In this document: piece after piece, positions 12,888 through 23,207 of the stretch
How positions within the stretch are numbered: the stretch's first letter is position 1
Layout of the letters: each line of letters starts with the position of its first letter
NCBI GenBank assembly: GCA_934635225.1
Contig: CAKTYZ010000003.1
Location: forward strand, 3,312-67,311
Reading direction: 5' to 3'
Source: an uncultured Kiritimatiellota bacterium
GTDB taxonomy: Bacteria; Verrucomicrobiota; Kiritimatiellia; RFP12; UBA1067
Length of the DNA: 64,000 nucleotides
Made by a program: the position numbers and the translations under genes
Notes under the pieces: generated by a model
What the model saw: only the letters and a program-made list of their open reading frames with translations
What the model was told of the DNA's origin: nothing
Databases searched by the model: none

Positions 12888-15800
12888 TTAGAGGTTGCAC
12901 CACTCATAGGGGTCGTCCGACGCCTCCGGCACGTCCTTGTACATCGGGAACTTGTGGTAGCCCGTGCCGTTCGTGAACGTCGTCCACCCCAGGTTGCACA
13001 TGAGCCGCGCGAGCATCCGCGCCGCCGCACGCCGCGAGATGCGCTGGTGCGGGCTGTCATCGACGTTGAACTTCCAAGGCGGCAGCTGCCAGAAGACGAT
13101 GGCGCCCTTGCCGTGGCGGACGATCTTCAGGGCCGCGTTTCCGGACGGGTCCGCATCCGCAAAGGCGGCGAACGACAGCCTTCCATGCCAGTTGAAGTCG
13201 GCGTTGGACAGTCCGTTCAGGATGACCGCGTCCGGACGTTCAATACGCGTGAAACAACAGTCGTTCGTGTCCACGACCGACAGCGGACGGGGCGACCACG
13301 CCGCGATCTCGTCCTTCGTCAGGCCCAGGGCCAGGACCTGCGCGCCGTCGGCGATGCGCCGGTGCAGGTCGTCCGGCATCGGCGCGCCGGACGAGACGAC
13401 GTAGTCCCGCCCGTTCGCCCAGCACTTCACGCCATAGGCGAAGCCGGCCCTGAACGCCTCGTTGCCGAGAAATTCGGGAACGCCGCGCAGCTCGTCCAGT
13501 CGCAGGTCGCTCCAGACCTTCGCGAGCAGCGTCTTCACGAGCGCGTCGGCATACGGGTCCGGCACGGTGCGCGCCGTCACGTCGAGCTGGCAGAGGAGGA
13601 GCGTGCCGCGCCCCGTGCGGAACTCAAGGAGCGGCGCGTATTCGAGCGCGAAGAGACCGTCCACCAGCGGCCGCCAGTCTCCGACCGCCGGCTTCTCCGG
13701 GATGACGGTGGCGATGCAGCCCCGGTTGTTGGCGCGCCAGACGCGCGTCTGCGCAAATCCCGCCCAGTTCTGCGTGTTGCGGTTCAGCCGGTCTTTCATC
13801 GGCCCGTTCAGGTTCGCCGACACGAGCGTCGACTCGCCCGCCCAGTTCGCAAGGGCCTCGTCGTCGAGAATCCCCAAGCGCGGCGCATCGCGGAAGCGCA
13901 CGAATCCCTGACGCATGCCCCGGTTCTGCACGCGGAAGCCAAGCGATTCGAGCGTCGACTGGGACTGCTCGAAGACGACGACGGCCCGCCCCTTCTCCAC
14001 GAGCGGCAGAAGCGTGCGCTCCCACAGCTCGCGCGTCAGCGTCTCACGCCCGACGGCCACGACGCCCGGCGTCGCCGCCAGAGCCTCCGCCGTCACCGAA
14101 CGGCAGACGACGCCCAGCCGGTCGAATGTCGCCCGCGTGAGGCCCTTCGGGTCATACAGGGCGATCTCGCCGCGCGGGCCCGGCACGGCGGCAACCGCCC
14201 GGACCTTCCGCCGGTCGCGCGTCTGCGAACCGTCCGAGAACGACGTCTCGGCGGCGATCTCGTAGGTGCCGGCGCCCTTCGTCCCGAACGTGAACGGCAC
14301 GTCCGTGCGACGGCCCGGCGCGACGGTCGCAGTGCCCTTGCCGTCGGCGACGCGGACGCCGCCCGACCGGACCGCCCACCGCCACGAGGCCGTGACCGGG
14401 TACGAATGGTCGTTCACGAGCACAAGACGCTGCGAGACGACGCTGTATTCGGCGTAGTTGCGGCGCGCGGCCGTGAAGACGTCGCCGTCGCCGAGGAACC
14501 CGACGGCGGGACGCGACCACTTGCGCTGCGCCTCGCCGTAGGGCGTCAGCGTGTAGGGCGGCTTCGCCGCATCGTCGCCCATCCCCGAAAAGCACCAGTA
14601 GTTGTACATCCCGCCGGAGAAGCTCTCGTTCTCGTAGTCCGGCCGCAGCCCCGGGCGCTTCAGGTCGACGAAGCGATCCTTGAGCGCGCGCTTGCCAGGC
14701 AGGGGGCGGACGTCGATCATCTCGCCCTGGCACCACGGCAGGACGCCGTGCAGCCCCCAGCCGCGAAAGCCCTTCTGCGTCTCGCCCCAGAAGAGGCCCA
14801 TCACGCGGGCCATCGTCGCGCGCTTTGCCAGCACCGCGCCCTTCGCCCCGCCGCGCTGGTAGACCTTCGGCGCGCCGCGAAAGTGCGCATCCTCGCGCGC
14901 ATGGCTGAAGGCCGTCGCCGTGTCGCCCAGCATCGCCGACTCGCCGAAGTATTCAGCGGCGTACTCGTCGGCCCATACCGAGCAGTACGTCGGGGTGTAG
15001 TAGATGAAGTAGGGACGTCGGAAGCTCTGGAACCGGCTCTCGTCCGGTGTGCCGAACTCGACCCAGTTGACGGGCTTCGTGCCGCGCTTGAACCACTCCT
15101 CCATCCAGTCCGCACGCTCCTGGGGCGGCGCCCAGCCGAGGTAGATGTTCGCCGTGTAGAAGTTGCCGAGAAGGCCGGAGTCGTGATTGTAGGCCGGACG
15201 CGTCGGATCGATCTCGTTGATGGCCACCGCGCTCCATTCCGCGCTCTTGCGCGTCTCGCGCTGGTTCTGGTCGTCGGGGATCTTGCAGTCCCCGACGGCG
15301 ATCGGGTCGAGGTCGCTGCCGTACCCCGTCATGTTCATGTTCAGCTTGTAGAGGATCACGCTCGGATGCCGCCGCACGTCACGGATGGCGCTTTCGGCGC
15401 GCTCGCGGAAGATGCGCTGCATCTCCGGGTCCTTGTAAAGCCGATCCCTGTCCATCGGCGCGTCGGAGACTCTCGGCACGCTCGCGCACATCATGAACAT
15501 GCCCTCGATGTCAGCCGCCTCCATCATCTCGTCGTAGTTCGGCGTCGAGGCGGGCGTGTAGCCGGAGTTGCAGTTGAAGCTGTTGTAGCCGAGACCCTTC
15601 GCGTGGCGCGCGAACGCGCGCGCGGCCTTGCGGCAGACGTGCGCCGCCGTGCCGGACGAGTTCCAGTAGAGCAGCGTCGTCAGGTGGAGGGGGCGTCCGT
15701 TCATCAGCACGTCACGTCCCGCGAGGCGCACCTCGCGAAAGCCCGTCTCGTAGGCCGGCACTTCGTCGATGCGCGATCCGTCGGCCGCAAAGACCTCCGT

Positions 15801-16775
15801 CTCGACGCGATAGCGGTTGTGCGCCGCGTCGAAGTCCCACAGCGCCACGTCCGGCCACGGGGAGACGAAGGACAGGCGGCCCTTCGCGTCCGGCGTCAGG
15901 TTCTTGCCCGTGAAGGCGCGCGCCGTCCCCTGGCAGCCTTCGAGCGGCGTCACGCGCACCTTCACGGTGTAGCGACGTTTGGCGTCCAGACCTTCCGTCT
16001 CCGTCACGAAGCGGACGTTCTTCAGGTCGGCGAGCTCGCCCCAAGCGAACGTCGCGCGCGGCCCCTTCGGCACGAGGGCGAGCGTGACGTCACCCGTGAG
16101 GCCACGCGCGTAGTCGAGCCGCTTGGCCTTGACCGCGCCCTTGAAGGTGAGACCGACGCCCATGAAGGCATCGCCCGTCTTCACCATGTAGTCCGGCAGA
16201 TAGCAGATGAGCCGCAGCGCTATCGTCTGCTCGCGGCCCGGCTTCGCGACGTCCGTCAGGTCGATCTCGCCGTTCGGCCACGTGACCACGCCAACCTCCG
16301 CGCCGTCCGCGAAGACCGTGCAGTGCGTGAAGACGTGCGCGAACTTCAGCAGCACGCGATGGCCTTTCGCCTCGACCGGCATCATGAAGGTGCGCCGGTA
16401 CCAGCGGCGCTCGTTCACCTGCGCGGCAAAGGCTTTCGACGACTTCACCTCGTCCGCAAAACGCGGCGCGAAGAACGTCTCCTGATCCTCCGCATGGTCG
16501 CCGGCGCCCGCGCGCGACAGGTAGCCGGGAATCTTCGCCCAGCCCCAGTCGTCTGACGGAATCTCGGTCTCTGGCTCGCCGTCAATGATCGGACGTGACC
16601 GCCAGAGGCCGTTCAGCGAAATCTCCGTCCGGGACGGCAAGACGACCCGTGCCGCGTCGGCGATCGTCTCAGGGTCGCCAGGATACGCCTCCGGCACCGG
16701 CAGGTTGTCGGCCAAGACGCAGAAGACCACTCCCATCGCGGCACCAACCGCAAGAACCCGTTTGCGTTTATGCAT
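12888..16775 (-). CDS. Large secreted glycoside hydrolase, GH2-like (beta-galactosidase/mannosidase superfamily)
   Basis: Signal peptide MHKRKRVLAVGAAMGVVFCVLA. It has a GH2-type N-terminal sugar-binding region (EISLNGLWRSR...DDW..IP) and a TIM-barrel-like region (FREVRLAGRDVLMNGRPLHL). ~1295 aa. Confidence 0.55.
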   Translation of the reverse strand: MHKRKRVLAVGAAMGVVFCVLADNLPVPEAYPGDPETIADAARVVLPSRTEISLNGLWRSRPIIDGEPETEIPSDDWGWAKIPGYLSRAGAGDHAEDQETFFAPRFADEVKSSKAFAAQVNERRWYRRTFMMPVEAKGHRVLLKFAHVFTHCTVFADGAEVGVVTWPNGEIDLTDVAKPGREQTIALRLICYLPDYMVKTGDAFMGVGLTFKGAVKAKRLDYARGLTGDVTLALVPKGPRATFAWGELADLKNVRFVTETEGLDAKRRYTVKVRVTPLEGCQGTARAFTGKNLTPDAKGRLSFVSPWPDVALWDFDAAHNRYRVETEVFAADGSRIDEVPAYETGFREVRLAGRDVLMNGRPLHLTTLLYWNSSGTAAHVCRKAARAFARHAKGLGYNSFNCNSGYTPASTPNYDEMMEAADIEGMFMMCASVPRVSDAPMDRDRLYKDPEMQRIFRERAESAIRDVRRHPSVILYKLNMNMTGYGSDLDPIAVGDCKIPDDQNQRETRKSAEWSAVAINEIDPTRPAYNHDSGLLGNFYTANIYLGWAPPQERADWMEEWFKRGTKPVNWVEFGTPDESRFQSFRRPYFIYYTPTYCSVWADEYAAEYFGESAMLGDTATAFSHAREDAHFRGAPKVYQRGGAKGAVLAKRATMARVMGLFWGETQKGFRGWGLHGVLPWCQGEMIDVRPLPGKRALKDRFVDLKRPGLRPDYENESFSGGMYNYWCFSGMGDDAAKPPYTLTPYGEAQRKWSRPAVGFLGDGDVFTAARRNYAEYSVVSQRLVLVNDHSYPVTASWRWAVRSGGVRVADGKGTATVAPGRRTDVPFTFGTKGAGTYEIAAETSFSDGSQTRDRRKVRAVAAVPGPRGEIALYDPKGLTRATFDRLGVVCRSVTAEALAATPGVVAVGRETLTRELWERTLLPLVEKGRAVVVFEQSQSTLESLGFRVQNRGMRQGFVRFRDAPRLGILDDEALANWAGESTLVSANLNGPMKDRLNRNTQNWAGFAQTRVWRANNRGCIATVIPEKPAVGDWRPLVDGLFALEYAPLLEFRTGRGTLLLCQLDVTARTVPDPYADALVKTLLAKVWSDLRLDELRGVPEFLGNEAFRAGFAYGVKCWANGRDYVVSSGAPMPDDLHRRIADGAQVLALGLTKDEIAAWSPRPLSVVDTNDCCFTRIERPDAVILNGLSNADFNWHGRLSFAAFADADPSGNAALKIVRHGKGAIVFWQLPPWKFNVDDSPHQRISRRAAARMLARLMCNLGWTTFTNGTGYHKFPMYKDVPEASDDPYEWCNL

Positions 16776-16996
16776 CTTTCTTGTTCTTTCCTTTCTGTTA
16801 TTTCCTTCCAAAACGCTCAAAGCCTCCGATTCTACATTCCCTCCGTGTTAAAGCCGTAGGCTTTGATGCCTCGCACCCTCTCGAATGCTCTCGCTCAACA
16901 CATGCGCCGAAGAACCGCAAAGCTTTCGGAGGGGACCTTCGCCGAAGGCGAACCCCAGAGGCCGTCAGGCGGCCCTCGGAGACGTTTTCAAAGAGC

Positions 16997-17010
16997 GGGG
17001 GGGGGGGGGG
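16997..17010. repeat. Homopolymeric G14 tract (poly-C on the coding strand) in the 425-nt intergenic region upstream of the GH2-like gene
   Basis: agagcGGGGGGGGGGGGGGtattgg read directly from the sequence. Confidence 0.9.
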
Positions 17011-17200
17011 TATTGGAACCGTGCGCGAACACGGCAGGAAGCGCCCCGGCCGCAGCCTCGACAACCGCCGCTCCGCCCGCGCTGTTCTCCGCGAAAAAAG
17101 CCCCTCGCCTATTCATATGCAATATTATGCCATAAATCCCGCGTGTTGTGTGAAAAAAATGCACTCGCTCCTTGCCTTTGCAAGTTGATGCCGATGATCG

Positions 17201-19465
17201 CTATTGTCTGGCGAAGTCACACGGACGGTCCGTCATCTCGAAGACGAGTTCACCGCCGTTGAGAAGGCTCTCGTGGGCGAGGGTACGGGACGTGACGCGC
17301 CGACCGTTCAGCGTGACGCGCTTCACGTAGCGCGCTTCGTCCGAAAGCCCTTCCGCGCGGATCTCCAGTGCGCGCCCGTCGGGCAGCGCGAGCCGCGTTC
17401 TTTCCGCCTGCGGCGCACCGATCACGTAGTCGCCGCCACACGGGTTGAACGGGTAGAACCCCATCATCGAGAACAGGTACCACGCGCTCATCTGTCCGCA
17501 GTCGTCATTGCCGCAAAGCCCGTCCGGGCGCGGACAGTAAGCGTCGCGGCAGATGTCCCGAACGAGTTCCGCCGTGCGGGCGGGGCGGCCCAGCACCGCC
17601 GGGAAGTAGGCGATGTGGTGGCTCGGCTCGTTGCCGTGCCAGTACTGGCCGATTTGCCCGTCCTTGACGCGACCGTCTTCGCTTGCGCCGCCTTCGTCGT
17701 TGTTCTCGCTCGGACGCGCCTGCAGGGGCGGCGTCACGAAGAACGCGTCCAGCTTGGCGAGCGCCTTTTCACGTCCGCCCATCGCATCCGCAAGGCCGAG
17801 GGGATCTTGGAAGACATGCCACGTGTAGATCCAGGCGTTCGCCTCGGTGTAGTCTCCCCAAAACTCGCCGGGGGCGCGGTTCTGCCGCGGATCGAACGGC
17901 TCGCGCCATCCGCCGCCCGCCGTCTTTGGCGCACGCGCCCGGGCAAAGCCGGTCTTTCCGTCAAAGACGTTTCGCCAGAAGCCCGCGTATCGGCGCGCCG
18001 CCGCCGCCGTCTTCGCGTTGCCGATCCGCTCGGCGAAGTCCGCAATGCACCACCAGTCGTAGGCGAACTCCAGCGTGCGCGAGACGGAGCCGCCCGGACG
18101 CAAGTCCGTGTCGAACTCGCCGGGGAAGTGCGGGAAGTAGCCGTTTTCCCAGTAGGCGTTCCAGCAGTTGACCGGGTTCTCCCCGTCGTTGCCGACCATC
18201 GACCTCACCATGAGATTGAGCGCCGCGTCCGCGTCAAAGTCACGGAACCCCTTCGCCCAGGCGTCGGCGATGACAGGAATCGAGTGGATGCCGATCATGT
18301 CGTGCCCGTCGTTCGCCCACATCGTCCACATTGGAAGATGCCCGTGGTGACGCCCGAAGGAGAGCATCGAATCGACGAACCCCGGCACGCGTTCGGGCGC
18401 GATCAGCGTGTAGAGCGGATGCGCCGCGCGGAACGTGTCCCAGAGCGAAAGCGTCGAGTAATGCCCGCGCCGCGCCGTCGCCACGCGGTCGTCCGCCGTG
18501 CGATACCGCCCGTCAACGTCCGTCTGCTCGTTCGGCTGAATGCAAAGATGGTAGAGGGCCGTGTACCAACTCGCCTTCTGCTCGTCAGTTCCTTTCACAA
18601 GCCGTAACCGACCGAGGACGTCGTTCCAGGCGGCACGGTTCGCCGTGCGCACGGTCTCGAAAGTCTGCCCCGCCGTCTCGGACTCGCGATTCCGACGTGC
18701 ACCGTCCGCCGACACGCCCGAGAGCGCAACTTGGACGACAAGCGGGCCATCGCCGTCGAACTCGACGGCAAACCGATCACCCGCCCCGTCGAACGCGTCG
18801 GACGGCAGTCGTCGAATGGACGTCCACGGACGGTCGAACTTCACCGAATAGAAAAGGCGGTAGAGCGTCCAGCCGCGCGCCCGCTTGCCGCCCGAAATCT
18901 CCGTCTTGTCCGACGCGAGCGCAAAGTCCGACTCCGGCACGCGCACGCCGAACTTCATGTTGAACGGCTGCATCAGCATCGCCGCGGCATCGACAAAGAG
19001 ACGCTTGGGAACGCCTTTGGGATAGGTGAAGCGCCACCATGCGACGCGCGGCGAGGTCGTCGCCTCCGCACGGATTCCGTCCTTGTCGAGCGTGACGGCG
19101 TAGCAGTCGGGCGAACAGGACTGCGTTTCCTTCCGGAAGGGAGATGAAAGCCGGGACTCGTCGAAGTCTCCTGCAAACGGCATCAACAGGATGTCACCCA
19201 TCGCCGGGCGCCCTGTGCCGTTCAGGTGAGTCTGCGAAAACCCTCTGATCGTCGTGTCCGTGTGCTTGTACCCCGGGCAGGTCACGCGGTCGCCCGTGTC
19301 GGGACTCGCCTGAACGAGTCCGAACGGACGGCACGAGCCAGGGAACGTGTTCCCCTCGCCAATCGTGCCGACCAGGGGATCGACCCAGCGGACGAAATCC
19401 TCCTCTGCGCCGAACGCGCACAAGGCCATTCCCGCCGCAAGAACAGATACGCTGGCGATTCTCAT
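17201..19465 (-). CDS. GH92 alpha-1,2-mannosidase (secreted)
   Basis: Signal peptide followed by the GH92 N-terminal signature VDPLVGTIGEGNTFPGSCRPFGLVQASPDT. 754 aa. Confidence 0.85.
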   Translation of the reverse strand: MRIASVSVLAAGMALCAFGAEEDFVRWVDPLVGTIGEGNTFPGSCRPFGLVQASPDTGDRVTCPGYKHTDTTIRGFSQTHLNGTGRPAMGDILLMPFAGDFDESRLSSPFRKETQSCSPDCYAVTLDKDGIRAEATTSPRVAWWRFTYPKGVPKRLFVDAAAMLMQPFNMKFGVRVPESDFALASDKTEISGGKRARGWTLYRLFYSVKFDRPWTSIRRLPSDAFDGAGDRFAVEFDGDGPLVVQVALSGVSADGARRNRESETAGQTFETVRTANRAAWNDVLGRLRLVKGTDEQKASWYTALYHLCIQPNEQTDVDGRYRTADDRVATARRGHYSTLSLWDTFRAAHPLYTLIAPERVPGFVDSMLSFGRHHGHLPMWTMWANDGHDMIGIHSIPVIADAWAKGFRDFDADAALNLMVRSMVGNDGENPVNCWNAYWENGYFPHFPGEFDTDLRPGGSVSRTLEFAYDWWCIADFAERIGNAKTAAAARRYAGFWRNVFDGKTGFARARAPKTAGGGWREPFDPRQNRAPGEFWGDYTEANAWIYTWHVFQDPLGLADAMGGREKALAKLDAFFVTPPLQARPSENNDEGGASEDGRVKDGQIGQYWHGNEPSHHIAYFPAVLGRPARTAELVRDICRDAYCPRPDGLCGNDDCGQMSAWYLFSMMGFYPFNPCGGDYVIGAPQAERTRLALPDGRALEIRAEGLSDEARYVKRVTLNGRRVTSRTLAHESLLNGGELVFEMTDRPCDFARQ

Positions 19466-19493
19466 CTCGTCTTTCTCCTTGTCATGTGTCCAC

Positions 19494-22400
19494 CTACCGT
19501 CCTTTCGCCGTGCGCGCCGTCAGGCGCACAAGCTCGACCAAACCCTTTTGCCTTGGATTGTCGTTGCCGACGAGGATGAGCTCGTTCTCATCTCCGAAGC
19601 GCACGAAGGGCGTGATGTCGAGATCCGTACGGTCGCCGAAGCGGTGGTGGTGCCGCCGGACGTAGCGTCCGTTGACGATTACCCCGACGAGGCGGTCGCC
19701 CCGGCTCGTGAAATCGATGCGCACGCGAAGGCTCTTCCAGTCCGCCGGCACGGCGACGCGGCGACGGAAGGCCAGGACGCCCGCGTAATCGCCCGGCAGC
19801 GAGACCGACCGCACGGTCGACCCCGTGAAGTCCGTCAACGCGTCCCATTCCCCGGAAAGGTCAAGCGTCCGCTCCGGGCGCGGACGGCGGTAGAGATAGA
19901 TCGGGCCGCCAAAGCCGCGCACGCGCGGATGCGCATCCCCCCGGACGGACAGCTCCAGCACATGCGTCTCGCCGGCCTTCACCGGCAGGGCGAGTCCGCA
20001 GACGCCTTCGCGCAGCGGGCGGCGGATCTCGCGTCCGTCCAGCCGCACGGACAGCTCCGCCCGCACGAACAGGAACGGGTACATGCCGACCGCCCACAGC
20101 TCGACGTCGCCGTCCGTCCAGTCCGCCGGCACGGTGAACGTGCGCGAAAGCGCATAAGCCTCCGGCGCATCGTCCAGCCCGACCACGCGCGGGGCGACCG
20201 CCGTCGCCGTGCCGTCGGCCGTGCGCCAGCCGTCCGTCAGCGGCAGCACGTCGGGATGGCGCGCGCCCGCCGGCTCGGACGGCGGCGCGGCGTCGGCGCG
20301 ACGCGCGCGCGGACCGCCCTGCCACCAGCCGAACTGGTTCTTCACCCAGTGCCAGGCCGCGCGTTCGTTCGCGCCGCGCAGCGACGTGCCCATCACGAAG
20401 TCGTTGTCTTCAAAATGGCCCTTCATCGCCATCGGCTTCCCGGTCAGCACGTCCGTGACGTCCCGCGCCTTCCCGTCGCGGAAGGAGACCGCGTAGTCGC
20501 GCGCCCTCTCCGTGTCGGCGTACCACACGTCGTACAGCCCGTCCGTCGTCACGTAGTGTCGCGCGAAGCCGCGTCCGCCCGTCATCGCGATCGGCTTCTC
20601 GCGCACGCCGAGTTCCTTCAGCAGCTGACGCAGCGCCCGCCACTCGACCCCTTCGTAGAGGCTGTGCGGGCGGATGCCGAACGACACGAAGCGGCCCTTG
20701 CCGACGCGGCGGACCGTGACGGCGGGCGCGCCGTCCTCCCAGCGCCAGACCGTCTCGACCGCCGGATCCGTCACCCGATAGCGGACGCCGTCCGCCCGGA
20801 AGCTGTCCGGCACGTCGTCCGCGCCCGTTCCCTTCTCGCAGCGCACCTGCGCGAACGGTCCCTTGCAGACGATGCTCGGGATGCCGTTCGCGTCCGCCTC
20901 CGTCGCGTAGACGGACATCCCGTCCGGCTCGACGCCGGCCAGGCCCTTGAGCGCCCAGCGGTCGGGGGCGCGCGGCGTGTGGCGGCCCGACTGGAACATC
21001 GCGACATACGTGCCGCCGCCGCGCACGTAGCGTTCGATGCCCGCAACCTGTGCGGCGTCCATCAGCGTGTTGTTCGCATCGACGAGGCACCTGTAGCGGG
21101 ACGCATTCCCGTCCGCGAAGTCGCACGGCGTCACCGCGTCCAGCTGGAAGCTGTCGCCAAGCGTCGCGGCGAACCGCCAGGTCATGTAGCCGGATGGATA
21201 CGCGCTCGCGACGTCCGTGCGCCACGGGAAGCCCATCGCGTGGTTGACGCCGGAATCGACGACCATCGCGAGCTCCGCCTCGGGCGGCGTCATCCGCCCC
21301 AGCATCTTCAGCGCGGGCAGGCGCCGGACGTACTCGGCGGCGATTTCGGGGTGCCACGACACGCATCCGACGTGGATGAAGTAGTGGATCGCGTTCACGC
21401 CCTCCGCCATGTAGAAGTTCGTCATGCGCCGGAATCCCTCGCGGTCGTGGGCGGGGCCGCCCGGCTCCAGCGAGAACGGCAGCCCCTTCGAGCGCATCAG
21501 CATCGGCAGCAGCTCCCACCAGAACGCCGCCATGCCGCCCGTGTCGTGGAAGCGCGCGCCGTACGCCGCCGCGATCTCGCGCAGCGGCGTCAGGTAGGTC
21601 ATCGGCGCCATCGAGACGATGCCCTTGTCCGGTTCGACTGCGCGCAGGCGGTCAAGCCCCCGGCGCACCGTCTGCACGCGCGACCACTCCTGCCAGCCGC
21701 AGAAGTCGATCCAGCGCGCGTTCCCCCCTTCGCCGAAGTACGGGTACGCTTTCGGCTCCTCGTGCGTGAGGTAGACCTTGTAGCAGCACTTTCCGTCCGG
21801 CAGCGTCAGCTCGACGCCGTTGCGCCCCGGCCGCAGCGCGTCCGTCACCTCGCGCACCATCCAGTGGACGCTGCCGTGCGGCACGAAGCTCTCGAACGAC
21901 GTGCCGTTGACCCGGACGCCGACGCGCGCGAACGCCGTCTTCGACAGGTCCCACACGTACAGCCACGTGCGCGCGCCGGCCTTCGCCCGCGCCGGAAGGT
22001 CGAACGCCCGGCGGTAGACGGCGGACTCCTTCGGCAGGAACGCCGCGAGCTGGTGACCCGGCATCTCGACCCGGCTCCACTCGCCTGTCGCGCCGACGGG
22101 ACGGCGCCGCCATGTGCCCTTCAGGTCGATCGCGTCCGGGCCGAACCCCGCGAATTCCGCGATCTCGGGCAGCCGCACGTCCGCCCAGGACTTCACCGAC
22201 GCGTCCTTCCACCGCGCGGAGACGGCCGCCGCCGTGCCGTATTTCCCCTTCAGGTACTTTCGGTAGGAGGCGTCGGCCAGCGGTCCGTACTCGATGAACG
22301 GCGTGAACGCGCCGTGGCTCAGCTCGCCGCATGGCTCGAGGAAGTCGACCACGTTGGACGAGTTGCATTCGCGCAGGCCGTTCGCCAGCGTCGCGAGCAA

Positions 22401-23207
22401 GTCCTCCCGCCCCCGTTCGCTCGCCCAGCTGAGGAAGGGCTCGCCAACCGAATGCTCCGACCCGACGCCGTGATAGCCGCCAAGGTAGTCCGGCGCGCCC
22501 GTTTCCTGATCCTCGCGGAAGTCGTCCAGTACGCCCGCCGGCGTCGAGCCGTTCGTGTTGAGCACGACGGGCAGCCCATGCGACTCGGCCAGCCGCTTCG
22601 CCCACAGCCAGCCGTTTCGGTCATCCAGCCCCTTCGCCGTGTCGCAGAAGTGGCCGTTCATCCAGAAGACCAGCCCGGCCGCGCCATTCGTCTCGGCGAA
22701 GCCGAACTCCGGCAGCGGATCGTACGTCTCCCACGGCAGCCCATAGCGCTTGGCCGGATTCGCGCTCGGCGGCGTCATCCGCTCGCGGTAGTAGAAGCGG
22801 AAGGCATGGTCGTCCCAGGCGTTCAGGTAGAACGGCACGCCGGGAAGCGTCCCCGCGAAGGAGCCCTTCGGCTCGCCGTCCGAATACGCGACGCGGAACT
22901 CGCGCCCCTCGACGCCAATCTTCGTCCACCCGCCGCCCGGCAGACGGTAGACGCCGGGGCGGGCGCGGTGCGCCGCGTAGACGTGGTCGTAGCGCGCCGC
23001 CCACAGGAGGGCCTTCTCGGGCGTCTCCGCCGTGACGACGGTCACGTTCCCGTGCCGCGACGCCCGTGTCAGGCCATAGCCGCGCAAGTCCCGCGCCGCC
23101 AGCGCCTCCTCGTCTGCCGCGCCGCACGGCGCCCACGCGCAGACGGCCAGCGCACAGGCCGCGCCCATCACGCGAACAGCTCTCATTCTTCTCATTTGCC
23201 AGTGCAT
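19494..23207 (-). CDS. Giant secreted GH42-like glycosidase paralog 1 (family unassigned)
   Basis: Signal peptide MHWQMRRMRAVRVMGAACALAVCAWAPCGA. It has a GGTYVAMF trimerisation-like segment, an L(K/R)GTW motif, and a C-terminal NGRYVRRHHHRFGDRTDLDITPFVRFGDEN domain shared with paralog 2. An alternative start MRRMRAV at 23195 overlaps the upstream stop as ATGA. Confidence 0.5.
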   Translation of the reverse strand: MHWQMRRMRAVRVMGAACALAVCAWAPCGAADEEALAARDLRGYGLTRASRHGNVTVVTAETPEKALLWAARYDHVYAAHRARPGVYRLPGGGWTKIGVEGREFRVAYSDGEPKGSFAGTLPGVPFYLNAWDDHAFRFYYRERMTPPSANPAKRYGLPWETYDPLPEFGFAETNGAAGLVFWMNGHFCDTAKGLDDRNGWLWAKRLAESHGLPVVLNTNGSTPAGVLDDFREDQETGAPDYLGGYHGVGSEHSVGEPFLSWASERGREDLLATLANGLRECNSSNVVDFLEPCGELSHGAFTPFIEYGPLADASYRKYLKGKYGTAAAVSARWKDASVKSWADVRLPEIAEFAGFGPDAIDLKGTWRRRPVGATGEWSRVEMPGHQLAAFLPKESAVYRRAFDLPARAKAGARTWLYVWDLSKTAFARVGVRVNGTSFESFVPHGSVHWMVREVTDALRPGRNGVELTLPDGKCCYKVYLTHEEPKAYPYFGEGGNARWIDFCGWQEWSRVQTVRRGLDRLRAVEPDKGIVSMAPMTYLTPLREIAAAYGARFHDTGGMAAFWWELLPMLMRSKGLPFSLEPGGPAHDREGFRRMTNFYMAEGVNAIHYFIHVGCVSWHPEIAAEYVRRLPALKMLGRMTPPEAELAMVVDSGVNHAMGFPWRTDVASAYPSGYMTWRFAATLGDSFQLDAVTPCDFADGNASRYRCLVDANNTLMDAAQVAGIERYVRGGGTYVAMFQSGRHTPRAPDRWALKGLAGVEPDGMSVYATEADANGIPSIVCKGPFAQVRCEKGTGADDVPDSFRADGVRYRVTDPAVETVWRWEDGAPAVTVRRVGKGRFVSFGIRPHSLYEGVEWRALRQLLKELGVREKPIAMTGGRGFARHYVTTDGLYDVWYADTERARDYAVSFRDGKARDVTDVLTGKPMAMKGHFEDNDFVMGTSLRGANERAAWHWVKNQFGWWQGGPRARRADAAPPSEPAGARHPDVLPLTDGWRTADGTATAVAPRVVGLDDAPEAYALSRTFTVPADWTDGDVELWAVGMYPFLFVRAELSVRLDGREIRRPLREGVCGLALPVKAGETHVLELSVRGDAHPRVRGFGGPIYLYRRPRPERTLDLSGEWDALTDFTGSTVRSVSLPGDYAGVLAFRRRVAVPADWKSLRVRIDFTSRGDRLVGVIVNGRYVRRHHHRFGDRTDLDITPFVRFGDENELILVGNDNPRQKGLVELVRLTARTAKGR

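Noticed and set aside
12954-16556. Very long plus-strand ORFs (for example 12954-16556 at 1200 aa, 19347-23321 at 1324 aa, 25375-29238 at 1287 aa, 30683-32410, 33436-34653, 4866-6296) lying antisense to the minus-strand genes
   Set aside because: They are Arg/Ala/Pro-rich with no motifs and no signal peptides. They are the typical shadow ORFs produced by stop-codon paucity in 65% GC DNA. The minus-strand frames carry clear GH92, DUF303-type esterase, tkt and other signatures.
17125-17185. Possible terminator after GH92 (CTTGC-AAAG-GCAAG hairpin near a T7 run)
   Set aside because: The stem is only 5 bp and is separated from the T-run by ~10 nt, which is not convincing as an intrinsic terminator. 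It was left unannotated.
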